DNA of 61,246 nt, the filler included, from Catajapyx aquilonaris (lineage: Eukaryota), in NCBI GenBank assembly GCA_000934665.2. It is 3 parts of 3 records of this genome, joined end to end, with 100 filler letters (N's around TTAATTAATTAA, not from the genome) between each part and the next. Parts side by side here need not be neighbours in the genome. Positions count along the whole stretch, not along the records: positions 1 to 20,350 come from JYFJ02006284.1; positions 20,451 to 40,798 come from JYFJ02006285.1; 1 more part is not named here. The stretch is one strand, 5' to 3'. Below are positions 12,499 to 25,470 of this stretch, one piece after another. Each line of letters opens with the position of its first letter. The stretch's first letter is position 1. A program made the position numbers and the translations under genes. The notes under the pieces are model-generated. The model had not been told where the DNA came from and ran no database searches. It saw nothing but the letters and a program-made list of their open reading frames with translations.

Positions 12499-14949
12499 CT
12501 TGGAGATTTAACGATTCAACTGCAGATGGAGAAAGATACCTGTTTCTATTAGATCATGGGTCCCTGGTCAAATAGGGGATGTTTCTCATCCCATCTTTAA
12601 AGGCATTTTCAGTGGGTGATATTTTGGACTAATTTCCACTTACTTTGTGGAAACCTTATAATCGTGCGACTAAAGAAGTCTTCCTCCTTCAAGGACTCCT
12701 AGAAGTGAGAATAGAATTTGCAGAATATGGAAATTTAATGAAGTTTAAATGCCATCCAGCATCAAAAGTTACACAAAACTGTATCAGGCCAAGTATAATC
12801 ATGCAACACATCATTGTCGGCTTTATGCCATTATAATTGGTAATGCCAGGTGAAAGGACACTTGCAGTAAATGATCAACTTGTCCATATGTGAAGGCCTA
12901 GTTAGACTATCTTCTTACAGACATCTTCCCACACAATCAATAAAAACCTAGTGTGAATGATATGAAGTCCCACACGTTGTCATTTTGGACACTGTTGATT
13001 TTGCTCCTGCAGTGGTTACATTACCCCTCTCTTTCTTGTATTTTCAATGCCTCAACCCATTTCAGAACATTTGAGAACTCAAGGCTGATCAATTCCCAGT
13101 ACAATGTAAATAGCACTGTACCTATGATACCTTATTATGTCCTGTGGACAGTGGTTAAGTATAACAAGGAAATGCTCACCCAATACAATTATCTCAGACA
13201 ATGTCTTAGCATGAAAGAATTCTCACAATACTCGTACTCAGGATTTTGTTGTTTCTCCTCTGGTCATGCATGGAAGAAATGCACCTTACTTTGGTGTGTC
13301 ATGATTTATTACAGAGTTAATTGGAAACATCACATATGTGCATAATATGAAAAAGGTCAGGAACCACCACTTACCAAATTTCAAAATGCCCATTTTACTG
13401 TATGTGCAAATCACACTTTCATACCAGATCGTAAATGACTGAAATAGCATGCTTGAACAGAATAGAGAAATATTGCTTTCATTGTGATAAAATTGCTATG
13501 CATCTCATTCAATACCCCAAGACCTATTAGCTCTTGGCATGCAATACCTCAGTACCAAAGGTAGTGGGGTAGGGGTCACCCACAACCTGTTCACTTTGGG
13601 TACGAGGGTCCCTGGTGGCAGTGTTTTTCTTTCCAGTCACTTCAGGTCGCCCCCACGACCCAGTCTGGAAGCCAGCTTTTGGTAAAATAAAGAAATGTAC
13701 TGCCATGACACTTCCCCCCGGTTTAACGGTCCCATTTGGTAATATAGGTACACAACATAAGGACCAGAAGTGCAAGAGAGTCTGTGTGATATTTTGATGG
13801 TTATTTCTTCTGCTTCCAGAATGATGGATGAAGGTGACAGTGAACTGGGATGTTACGGGTGGTGAAGGTGACTCTGCTAAGGCAGTTATGATTACAAGCC
13901 GCTTCCATTTACATACACTGTGAAATATCCCTTAGGAGTTGCCGGGGTTTCCTTCGGGACCCAACCAGGGACACATGCCAAAATATCTTCTTCTTGGTCA
14001 TTTAGGGGTGAACATAAGGGGGGCATGGGAGGGCTAGTTACAATGCTTTTCAGCATTACAAATGGCCTTAGGAAGAAGTTATGTTGAGAAACAAGATAGA
14101 ACTGCACTCTACCTATTCCTCCAAGACAGGCTGTTTCACTTGGTATTTACTGAATGCTCTGGTCCCTTTCATTACATGGGCACATCAGCTTGGCTCATGG
14201 TAGTGAACTTCCCATTTCCCTGCATTAATAAGACGATTCCAATGCTGTTCCAATGTTAATTAATTTGTTATTGCCACATGACCCACAGTTAATTCCGCAA
14301 TCTACACCTGGCTTCACGGCATCAATGTCATCTGCCTTCCGAACTCCCCTCTCTCAGTAATCAGGTGCAGGTTAATTCATGCAGTAGGCATTCAAATCCC
14401 TACACTGCCTCTCTAAGGAGAAACTAACATCCTGCCCTAATTTTCCCCTCCCAACCACTCGGGTAGCAAAACTGCTGTTCCCGCCAGGAGCAAAAGCAAC
14501 ACTCTGGTTTGCCCCCATATTGGAGCTCAGCCAATTCTAATCCTCCGCATGCATTCCCTCAGCCAGGTCTAGTCCCACACTCCAGTCTTGCATGGTGGAT
14601 GGGTCTATCCCGGCACCACGAGCACTCCCTTGGCTCCTGGGCTGGGAGGTAGCTGCTGGCGGTGAAGCGAGTGGAAGCCATTTTCCCGTTCTCCCTTTCT
14701 TTCTACCACCGCACGATGATATGTCGCGGAGTGTGGCTGCCTCTCCTCTTCCCAGGCAGTCCCGCGCTTATTACCAGAGTGAGCTGGATGTTACCCTACC
14801 GAACCCTATCTGGGGTCACCGCCGGAACCAGAACCTTTGTGGCGGGCCTGCTGCAGCGTGCTCCTTTCCGCCTCGACACTCTTCCACCACAGCCCTCCGA
14901 GCTCCGAAGCTTAGGCCTAGCCGACCAGGATCCGGAAGGATAAGCACTT

Positions 14950-15550
14950 TACCAAGCCACGGCGGAGCAGCTACTGGCCAAGGACAATGCGCAACATGGC
15001 TCTGCGCAGTGCGCAACGCACCGTGTACCAACTCAGCTCCTCTCAAGTCAAGAAAATGAAATCAGATGATGTTGCAACTTAGGCATTAAATATTAAATTA
15101 AAAGGTGGGCAGTTAAATTGAGAAACAATGCCAGAAGCAAAATTTCAAGATTGAGGTCATGGCGTCATTTCCACTGACAACATGTTGACCCAAAATGGCC
15201 GATTGGTCTTAACAGGACTTTGTAATAATTCGAGTAAATTTGCATTTTTATACTTTTTACAAATGTAACTTGCGTAATTGCATAAATTCAAATTAGAAAG
15301 TCCAAGTTGTTGTAGTGACGTCAGAAGGACGTCATGTATGACCCAATATGGCGCGCAGGTGTCTGCTGGGAAAAGATGGGTGAATTATCCATGGCGACCT
15401 TGAAGGTGTGTTCTCCGATCGGTAACTCCGGGTAACTCCTTTCCGCTCCTTACAGAATCGGATCTAACAATACCTGATGTCAGTTAGGAACGCATTGTAG
15501 CAGACGTTCGCTCATAATTACACTGCACTTACCACAGCATCAATATACAA
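14950..15550. promoter_or_regulatory. CpG-rich divergent promoter region between NXF1 and GABA-B-R1, with putative non-coding first exons
   Basis: Several (A/C)ATGGCG/ATGGCC YY1-like motifs, a palindromic TGACGTCA CRE at ~15315, a minus-strand donor at ~14952 (TTG|gtaaag) and a plus-strand donor at ~15551 (CAA|gtgagg). Confidence 0.55.
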
Positions 15551-15923
15551 GTGAGGTTTATTTTGTGGCACTTGGAGCTGTGTTGACTTTAGCAGCTCAG
15601 AGGGACTTTTCTGTGATGTTCCAAGTGGGTGCAGTGTACTGGTCACATTTATGATTACTTTGTGTCTTCTGAGATCACGCATGGTCGGTCCGGGATGTAT
15701 AGCAATATCGTTATGATTTCTTGTTTTATGTGGGTTGAAAAGTGTCGATGTTTCTGCTGACTCACAGCCAACATTGGTGCATAATCATTCTTCTAAATTA
15801 ATTCCTGATATTTTCAATTACCATTGCTTATCTTAATGAAACTGACAGGTTGAGTAAACTAATTGTATTTGTAACCCCCAGTCCATCCAGATGTAGTAGG
15901 CTTTGCATTACAAGCAAGTGAAA

Positions 15924-18900
15924 ATGCACACAAAGATGTACCTGCTGGCCGTCGTGGCCTTGCTTGCAACACACACTAGCAGTACCCTTATAATTGAGGA
16001 TGAGGAAGAGATGATGCCAATGAACCAGAATGAAGATGAGGAGAGCACGTCCATGCTGGTGTCTAGCACCACCGAGGAAGATTACACTACGCTACCTCCC
16101 ATCCCCAAAAGCAAGTCCAAAGTACTGCACATAGCTGGAATATTTCCAATCAAGGGAACAGGTGGATGGCAAGGAGGAAAGGCCTGCCAGCCTGCTGCCA
16201 TGCTTGCACTGGAAGATGTCAATCGGAGAGAGGATATCCTGCCAGGATACATGCTGAAACTCCATTGGAATGACAGTGAGGTGTGTTTTTGGGGTTTAAC
16301 AGTTTCCATTATTTTTTTCCTGAATTCAAGTTATTAGGCCACAGGAACAATAAGATGGGGTTGAACTCACCAGTGAAGATATTTTCACTGCAATGCAGCA
16401 AAAAGCCCCACAAGTTGTAATAATGTCCTCACAATACCTTCAAGCCATGTTGTCAATGTCTTCTATATCCTGCAGTGCGAACCAGGTCTGGGAGCATCTG
16501 TTATGTATGACCTGGTATACCATCCACCACAAAAGTTGATGCTGCTTGCTGGTTGCAGTACTGTTTGCACTACAGTAGCTGAAGCTGCCAAGATGTGGAA
16601 TCTCATTGTGGTTAGTTTCAATTTTGGATTTTGGTACTCATAAGTTCTTTATTTAAGATTTGTGCAGATAAATTGTACACTTATTCACGATATTGAAGTT
16701 TTTTCATTTTGATTCCAGCTGTGTTATGGAGCCAGTTCACCTGCACTGTCAGATCGGACACGCTTTCCAACCTTGTTTCGAACCCATCCTTCAGCTACAG
16801 TCCACAACCCTACACGTATACAGCTAATGAAGAAGTTTGGCTGGTCCCGAGTTGCCATTTTGCAACAAGCTGAGGAGGTTTTCATCTCGGTTAGTGCCAC
16901 TTTTTCCTCTTCTCTCTTAATTCGGTGACTGCAGGTGGCTGTTAGTGTACTTATCTTTTTATAGACTGGGGAAGATCTGGAAGACCGCTGTAAAGAGGTT
17001 GGCATTGAAATAGTGACAAGGCAGAGCTTTCTGACAGACCCAGCTGATGCTGTCAGAAACTTAAAAAGACAAGATGCTCGCATTGTCATCGGCCTCTTTT
17101 ATGCTGTGGCAGCCAGGAAAGTCCTGTGTGAAATATACCGGCAGGGACTCTATGGGAAGTCATATGTCTGGTTCTTCATTGGTAAGTTGGGAAATGCAAA
17201 AGTAGCTACTTATGTTAAGATGTCCCTTGTTTGCTATGGGGAAAACGGTGAAGCAAGGATGATCTGTAGTGGTGGAATATTGTTGCATGAAATTAATTTT
17301 AAAAATATTGTGCATTATTCAGTAATTATAACCACCTCCCCTGCAAGACACTTGGATTCCCTTTGGCATGTGGCCAGTCAGAGATTGCTGTTGTATCAGC
17401 GTATCCAGAAAGTAAGGTCTGTTATTTATTTGAAAAACCACAATGCGCCCCAAAATTTTGATGTACATATCTGAAATTGACAACTCTCTTCCTTTTTTTC
17501 AAGATAGTTTCCAAACAAATTGAGGCATTGATATAGGCCCACAAAATCTTGTGTAACGCAATGAAAAATGCCTCGATTTGCTTGGAAACTATTTTGAGAA
17601 AAAGGTAGACAGTTGTCGATTTCAGATGTGTAAATAAAAACTTTGCGGGCACATTGTGGTTTTTAAAATAAATAACGGACCTTACTTTCCGGATACGCTA
17701 ATATAGTTTAGTTCACCTTTTCATAATCTAAGTAATCCACCTCTCTACTGATCTGCATAACATACATTCACATGACAATGATTTCCAGGATGGTTTGTGG
17801 ACAACTGGTATGAAGCAAACCTAGAGAAAGACAAGATAAATTGCACTCGTGAGCAGATGAGAGAAGCAGCAGAGGGCCACTTGACCACTGAAGCCTTGAT
17901 GTGGAATCGCAACAATCAAAAAACCATCTCTGGGATGGTGAGTGTTAGAGTATTAAGCTTTCTCATATATACGAGTGGCTTTTGGAAAGTCTTTACAATT
18001 TATTTTTTTGCCACAAATGCAGTGCCCATGCAGGTCGGCAGATAGGCACATATTATCAATAGAACTGTCAAGGAGCCGAATGCACAGTCTGAGTCATGGG
18101 TGTGGCAACCTCTCCAGGCCCTCCAGGAACTACTTTTTGGAGGTGCGCTGTACCCACTCCCGGACAACTGCTTCCTGTTCAACAGTGTCCTCGAAATGGC
18201 ATTGTCGAAGGGGTTTTTTCATGGATCCAAACAGTTGAAAGTCACTGGGGGACAGGCCAAGGGAGAAGTGCAGGTGTGGAAGCACCCAAGCCCAGATCCA
18301 TGAAAAAACACCTTCACCGATGCCATTTTCAGGATGTTGTTGACAATTGTTGACTGTGAGCAGTTGTCTGGGAGTAGGTGCACTGCACCTCCAAAAAGTG
18401 GTTCCAGGAGGACCTGGAAAGGTTGACATACCTATGATGCCAATACATTTGGGTCCAGGAAGGTTCTAGCAATAATGTGTGCTTATCTGCCGACTTGCAT
18501 CAGGCCTGTATTTGTGGCAACAAAATAAAGTGTAAGGACTTTCCGAATTCCCCTCATACTATGTAATAAATCTGAGTGTTACACTATGTGGAGGTGGTTG
18601 GTAAGGGTTTTTTAAAAATGTGTGTTTGGTCTCTGGTGCTGCCTAGACATCAAAAGACTTTGGGGACCGGCTGAATGAGGCAATCAGGAAGGCTGGATAT
18701 GACAGTGACAGCTATCCTGAGGGATATGTGGAAGCACCCTTGGCTTATGATGCTGTCTGGGCTGTAGCTCTGGGTCAGATTTTTAAAATAAACTGTGGCC
18801 ATAAAAATGACATCACCTGCACACACGGTCTCTTTTTACACTTCTCATTGCAAGAAATTCAACGTTGTGCAGATGGTGCCATGTTGATGTCATATTTTAT

Positions 18901-19914
18901 TTTTTCATGCTGCATGAGTCTGCTTCACTAAGGATACTTTTTTTGCATCAGTAATTTAGAATGTGGCATGAGAGTGCAACTCTAATTGGAAAAGTTTATT
19001 GGGAACTTTCCATGGAAATTAAAAATCACTTGCAGAAAATTAATGACCATATGATGAACATGCCACTAAAACTGGAGTGTATTAAATGTGAAGTTAATGG
19101 GATTATTGTGCATAGAAAAGTTGCGTCAGATTTGTTGATCCACTGTTGAACCCTTGTGCCACACCTCTGAAACTGCATGTATTTTCAGCATTTTGAAAGG
19201 CATCTACAATGTTTTGTTTTTGTAGGATGGATCTGATTTAAGGTGGAATATTCTGTCAACTTTGCACATTGCAAATAAAAAATTAAATACATTCCTGTAC
19301 CTGACAAACCCGAACAAACATACCTTTGTGCACTATTTCAGCAAGCTTCATAACTGTCTATGGTTTTTTAGTATTGTCGCTGTTGATCTTATTGCTTGCT
19401 ATGCATTTTCAATGATATGTGATTCATCCTCCAGCTTTCAACAAGACAAGAGATGCTTTGGCCAAAGTGAACAAGACATTGGAGGACTTCACATACACAA
19501 ATGATGCTATCATGAGAGAAATATACTCAGCTATGAATGCAACTCAATTCTTGGGCGTTTCAGTAAGTACAATTTGATTACTTCAGTCAGTGTAATTGCA
19601 TTGATCAACTTCTTTCATTAGGGAGTTGTGGCCTTCAGTTCAAAGGGTGACCGAATAGCTCTCACTCAAATCGAGCAGATGGTGGATGGAAAGTACATAA
19701 TACTGGGATACTTTGATGTTGCCAGTGACAACCTCACATGGGTCAACCAGGAGAAGTGGATAAGAGGTCGTGTGCCACAAGACAGAACCATTGTCAAGGA
19801 TGTCCTTAGAACTGTTCACCTTGGACTGTTCATTTCTATGGGCACTATCTCATTTGCTGGGATAGTTCTGGCAGGTGGCCTGATTGCATTTAACATTGCC
19901 TACAAGCACCGCAG
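15924..19914 (+). CDS. GABA-B-R1: GABA-B receptor subunit 1, 5' part (signal peptide, Venus flytrap domain, TM1); exons 15924-16280, 16476-16610, 16719-16889, 16965-17181, 17789-17937, 18647-18773, 19435-19562, 19622-19914; truncated by contig end
   Basis: Motifs [74 protein letters not shown] and [11 protein letters not shown], followed by a hydrophobic TM1. All introns are GT-AG and in phase. Confidence 0.95.
17396..17701. mobile_element. Mariner-type MITE with long imperfect inverted repeats
   Basis: TA-TCAGCGTATCCAGAAAGTAAGGTC ... GACCTTACTTTCCGGATACGCTAA-TA; the arms pair over more than 120 bp. Confidence 0.85.
17972..18556. mobile_element. Palindromic mariner derivative made of two transposase 3' ends
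   Basis: TA-CGAG...CCCCTCA-TA termini. Both arms carry C-terminal mariner sequence ([21 protein letters not shown] on minus; SMKKHLH--HFQD on plus). Confidence 0.85.
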
Positions 19915-20350
19915 GTAATTCAGAGCTTTTTCAATTGATGACATAGCGTTTGTGTGGTATTCACAATGGTGAAATAAATAGAAATGAAAGAGAGATGGGA
20001 TTTTGGGTGAAAAACCTGTGTTATGTAGACACCTTGTAGCTCTTCAAGCAAGAAAAAATGATCATGATGGTACCAGTGTAATGATTACATTGTAACAGGG
20101 CAATTCCACGCGTTACGTACAGACAATCGGAAGCTGTGTTGAGGTGTTTAGGAGTCCACCGCGGCTAGGTACTTGCCGTAATAGATTAACTGTTATGAAA
20201 ATCAGATGCAGCGCAGAAATGTGAAGGTGAGGGACATCATGGAAATTTCATTTGATGGCCATCCACGCGTGTGCGATTGTCTGAAATCTCGTTACGTACC
20301 ATCCGTCATTGGACACCAGTTTCTGGGGTATATGCAACTAGGGGGAAACT

Positions 20351-20450
20351 NNNNNNNNNNNNNNNNNNNNNNNNNNNNNNNNNNNNNNNNNNNNTTAATT
20401 AATTAANNNNNNNNNNNNNNNNNNNNNNNNNNNNNNNNNNNNNNNNNNNN
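20351..20450. other. Artificial contig linker (44N + TTAATTAATTAA + 44N)
   Basis: Exactly 100 bp, with a core giving stop codons in all six frames. Confidence 0.97.
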
Positions 20451-20997
20451 ACTCCCATCGCGCATTTTAAAACCTCTGTGACCTAGGTCATATGTGCGCT
20501 GGAGGAGGCATTTTTGTGCCATCGTGTGGGCAAGATGCCACTCTATATGTAGGTGACCTTCATGACACCCTATTTATGTGCAATTAATTTATATTTCGTC
20601 ATTTCCATATTCTCAACTGGGAAATATCAGGGTGAGCGAAATATTCTGGGTTTGGGCAAGTAACACATTCAGGTGCAATTTCTTTTACCAGTTCAGGTTC
20701 CATGTCAAAATATATTTCAGAAGCCGAAATTTGGGTTCTTTCTGATTCCAACGACGTATCACACATTGCCAACAAGTCATTTTCAATTTTTGTCCCAGAT
20801 GTTTACTTTTACGTGGAATTGCTCTGCTGCATGATTTACCTATAATTTACAGTTCTACCAAAGCTACAGCCCCCCTTGTTATGATGTTGATATCATGTCA
20901 GTGATAACCTTGCCATGTCACAATGCAAGCTGTAAAGTTAATTCTTCTAATCTCTAATGTGTCTCTTATGTGCAATACATTCTTTGTCATTATTAGG

Positions 20998-22430
20998 TCC
21001 TCAAGATCAAGGCCATCATTCTGGAACACAAGTGGAACAGGACTTAGCCCAATTATTCAGACAATCTACCACTGGTAATATACCAAGATAAATTTTCGAT
21101 GAAAGAGCTAATAATTAATGATTGTGTACATTTCCAGAATCGCATAGAAAAATTCTGCACACCCTCTTGACAGTTAAGGAACAAAACAAGCAAATTATTG
21201 CACAGAACGAGGCCATATTGGCACTTATGATGAAAGAAAAGAACAGAAATGTGAACCTTACCCAAAAGATACCCCTAAACTGTCCCTACCCATGGACAGC
21301 TTCGGAGATGTAGACAAAGTTGAGGCATTCTTGGCCACTGCAGACAGTTTTTCTCAAATGGTAATGAGTTGACTTATTAGGAACTGGATACATAATCGCA
21401 GGGCTAATTAAAAGTGAAAAAGTAATGATATTCATGCCATGCTATTCATGATGCCTGCTGAAAAAATTCAATGTTATCACCATTCACTCATCACTGCACA
21501 TTATTTTAGTATTGGTTCAAAGAATTCATTTGCATGATGTTATTTGCATTGCACACACCTGTCCTTTCTGGGAGGGAACGGCTTGAGTAATGCGGTAAAC
21601 CGTATGCTGAAGGACTCCATGACGGAATAGCTGGCATCCCAATATAGTTACGGTGGAACACGGGGAAAGAGAGCGTTTGAAAATCTTGCATTTCACCCAG
21701 CTGTGATACGTAAGTAATTGGCATAATTGCCGTAACTTTTTCTAGGGCTGTCAAAAGATAACTTTTCCCACAGTTACCTCACATTGTAATAGGCTACACT
21801 GTATTTTTTTATTATGTTGATTTGGTGAGATGGAGTCTTCCTGGGTGTTCTGGTTGTTTACATCGCCATCAACAATCCATTCTGTGCCTGGCTGCTGGAC
21901 TGGAAGGTCACAAGAGTGGTTGTTCCAACCCCAACATGGCTCAACACCGGAGACTCATTTTTACATAGATTTTACATAGTTTTATATGGTTTTTTGTGTA
22001 TTTATATGTGTGTACTGTGCGTGTGTTTGTGTATCTGTATGTATTCATGTCATCCTTTTCATTATCATCCTATTCATTATATCCTCTGCGTGGCCTGACC
22101 AGTCACCAGAGGATTCATTATACTGGTCGTTCGAGATGGCCAGGTGGACTGTAAGGCCTACCTGGTCATCGCTGGTAACCCCATCTTGATGGGAATATGC
22201 CGTGAATGTATGTATGTATGTATGTATGAAAATGCTTTGTATGGACTAGGGTGATGATATTTTGCCAAATTATTAATATATTTCAGGAGCTGTGCAGATT
22301 AACAACCAAGCTGTAACAGCCAATGGCATAAAATCCGCCATTCAGGTGTATCTCATGCATGCACCTGAGAGGATGAAGAAGATGAGCAAAAGGGTGATTA
22401 CTGCTACCAGTACTGATATGAGCCTGAATT
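20998..22430 (+). pseudogene. Degenerate spliced DUF4806/BEN-like accessory gene of a CMC-type transposon
   Basis: Coiled-coil (ILHTLLTVKEQNKQIIAQNEAIL), then LP...VEAFL, V-RML--SMT--LA-QYSY-G-RGKRAF-NL and a last exon ending IQVYLMHAPER. Contains stops and frameshifts. Confidence 0.6.
21860..22228 (+). mobile_element. Degenerate SINE-like insertion
   Basis: Weak B-box-like GTTCCAACCC, a (TG)-rich middle and an (ATGT)n tail; lies inside an intron. Confidence 0.4.
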
Positions 22431-22557
22431 AGTTCTACAGAGTTGCTCCTCAGTTGTGGCAGGTATACTAAATGTAGTGGGAAATTAAAATATAGTCTAA
22501 TAAAATTTGCCTTTGGTCTTGCTTAGTGCTGTACAGCCCTCCCAAATTGAATGGACG

Positions 22558-23803
22558 ATGGCAACCAGAATAGTGGGAAAGCGGCAGATTTACCGGCGAA
22601 TCCAACAGGCCTGGGCCCAGAACCTTGAGAACGATGGTGCCAATGAAACCGGAGCTTCTCCCTCTGTCACACCACCACCATTCCCACCATGTGGTTCCAT
22701 CAGCAACGAGAATATCCTCAAAGAAGAAGAACTTCAGGAAATCGATCCAAGTGAACTGCTTGAGAGCAGTAGGCCTACCAGTAGTGATCACGGTTCAGAA
22801 TGTGATACCGGTATGGCGAAGGAGGAGTACAAAATAAGGTTGCCTTCTGCACGGGTGGATGAGTTATCAAGAAAGCTCTTAGGGTTGGGCGGGGTTGTGC
22901 CATTCCATGCCTATAGAATTCAACCGAAAGCCACGAGAAATCAATGAATTGGCAATGTGGAAGGCCACAGAATTCAGAACATTTCTGCTGTACACAGGGC
23001 CAGTTGTTTTAAGAAACATAGTAGACATTGGAATATATGAACACTTCTTATTGTTACATTATAGTGTGACTTTGCTGATGTCAGGGACAGTGTCTGTGGC
23101 AGAATGCCATCGAGCAGATAGGTACTTAAAGACCTTTGTATGCCACTCTGAGCTCATCTATGGCAGGAGTGCCTCACTTACAACATGCATATGTTAAGCC
23201 ACCTGAGTAAGGACTGAGAAGTATGGAAGTCTCAAAAAATTTTCCGCGTTTCCCTTCGAGAACTATTTAGGGACATTTAAAGAAATGGTGAAGTCTCCCA
23301 AAAACCCACTAGGGCAGGTAGTGGAGAAATTACAGCTGAAACAAAGCCTGCAAGGAGAGACGATGCCTACACATGTGACAGGGGGTGAAACATTTTACTG
23401 TACTCTTGAACATCGTGCAGGACCCAAACCATTCTCAGTTGTAGGGAAATAGTTTAAGAAGATGGAATCTAGGAGGAACAAGTGTGTGTTTACAACATTT
23501 ACCTATCGAAGTGCTGACTCAGTGTGCATGCTAAAGGACAATACTGTCGCTGTGGTGCAGAACATAATACTACTGGAAGAGGAGTGCAAACCTGTCATTG
23601 TGTGCACGAAATTCAAAAAATATGAAAATCTGTACACATATCCAAGTGTTTCATCCAAAGTGGGCATTTTCATTGTTAGTGCCATGACTGATAGTTGGAT
23701 AGTGATAAGTGCCAATCAGATCAAGGCAAAGTGTATGCTTGTACCATTTTCACACAAACATAGTGATCACTCTGTCTCAATTCCGCTAATACACACAACC
23801 TGA
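22558..23803 (+). pseudogene. CMC (EnSpm/Mirage-like) transposase remnant, internally deleted and frameshifted
   Basis: PIEFNRKPR--NEL-MWKATEFRTFLLYTGPVVL, HFLLL, YNMH-L-HL, YG-L--FSAFPFENYLG--K-MVKSPKNPL-Q, and a C-terminal YTYP--S--VGIF-V...I-AKCMLVP. Confidence 0.85.
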
Positions 23804-24825
23804 TATACATAATTATATGCACGACTGTATATCACGTTTATGTTTTATTGGCATTGAGAACATCTCCTCCGATTGCAGAATGTAATAGGGACACATCATT
23901 CAAGCTGCAACTATAACCTGTATTTTTATATGAACAGTACCATAGCCGTGAAATATAGGTCCTCTCAGTGGCAGATTTATTCTCATGTGCGTAACATAAA
24001 TAGAATAAATTGAAACACAAAATAATACATCTCAGATCAAAGAGGACCATCTCCATAATTATAGTGGAATTTACCCAGAAGATAAGCATTACAAAAGAAT
24101 GGATTTTTGATTCATTTATTATGTTTTCAAAAAAACTGTGAAGAGGCTTTGCTGGAGAAAACAATAGCTAAGTATTTCTACTCTCTATATCCTGTGAGGT
24201 ATGTATAACACTATGAGGAAGGTACACCTGGCTGCTGACTGAAGGGGAAGAATTGGCAGGGCTGTTTCCCTCATTAATTAAAAGAAATTATAACTCAGTT
24301 ATTTTGACCTGACATATTCATTGCACAAAAAATGTGGACAAAGGCATGCCACTATAGCCACAAAATATGGATTTACCAAAATCTGGTCACACACTTTTTT
24401 ATCTGCATACTGCAGTATGTGAAGAAATAACTTATGGTATGCTTGCAAGATGCAGCATCTTATTTGTTACACAAATTCTGGCAGTGACAGGGCCAGATTT
24501 AGCCATGGTGAAGCCATAAGAGAAAAATTGGTTATGCCACAGCTGAATTTGGCAAGACTATTATACCACCAAGATAAATGCATAGGAAATGTATGTGGGT
24601 AGGACAGGGTGGCTGTGTTAGGACTTGTATGGCTTTAGTAATTCAGTTTCAAAACATTTTTATTAACAGGAAATCAATGCTGTTCATTCACTTCCAGTGT
24701 ATGTATTTATAAATATGAAGTAAAATATTGCTGCGAACTTGTAATTCCCTGACTGTCAAGTGCACAATTCTGAAAAAAAGGTCATATATTTTTTGTAAAT
24801 TCCAAATTGCCTCTCCATGGCAATG

Positions 24826-25470
24826 TTGGTGTCATTTCCGCATATTTCGAGGTCGACAAGTCGATTGGTAACATGCAGGAGGTCATAAGGTCACTAGTTT
24901 GTGACCTATGACCTCCGTTTTGAAATTACCCTACTGGACTATGTCTAATGGTATTTGCGACTAAAAGGTGGCATGTGAGGTATCGTTTAGATATAATTTG
25001 ATGTCACTGAAACCGCAAACGACAATAAAAATTCGGAATCATGCATCCGGTGACCAGTGGGGCGCCATATTGGGTTTCAACTTAAACCCTTTGGTGGGGA
25101 TATGCACCCGTAAGCGAATAGTAGACGTGTTTGGTATCATTCCAGCATAATTCGAGGTCGCTAAGACGATGGGTCATATTCAGAAGGTCAGAAGGTCACT
25201 AGTTTGTGACCTATGGCCGCCATTTGGAAATTATCATACCTGAAAAAGTCTAAAGGTATTTGCATATGATGTGTGGCTTGTGAGGTGTCGATTACATATA
25301 ATTTGCTTTCACTGAACCCAAAAATGACACTAAAATCTCGAATCATGCTTTCTGGGACCAGACAAGCACCATATTGGATTTCAACTGAAGCCCTTAGGTG
25401 GGGATATGCACCCGTAAGAGAATAGTACACGTGCTTGGTGTCCTTACCACATTCCTTGCGATCGCTGCAG
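24826..25470. repeat. Two and a partial diverged ~305-bp tandem repeats (units start 24826, 25131, 25435)
   Basis: Shared blocks TTCGAGGTCG, AGGTCACTAGTTTGTGACCTATG and GGTGGGGATATGCACCCGTAAG-GAATAGTA at a 304-305 bp period. Confidence 0.85.

Noticed and set aside
13520..14400. Pro-rich minus-strand ORF fragments in NXF1 intron 1
   Set aside because: Multiple stops, no splice-compatible structure and no identifiable family.
14592..15059. 155-aa and overlapping ORFs
   Set aside because: GC-rich promoter/intron sequence with no recognisable domain.
20395..20406. TTAATTAATTAA as a biological palindrome or piggyBac target
   Set aside because: Embedded in N runs and repeated identically; it is a synthetic linker.
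24826..25470. Possible CRISPR-like array
   Set aside because: Eukaryotic context; whole units are homologous, with no unique spacers and no cas genes.
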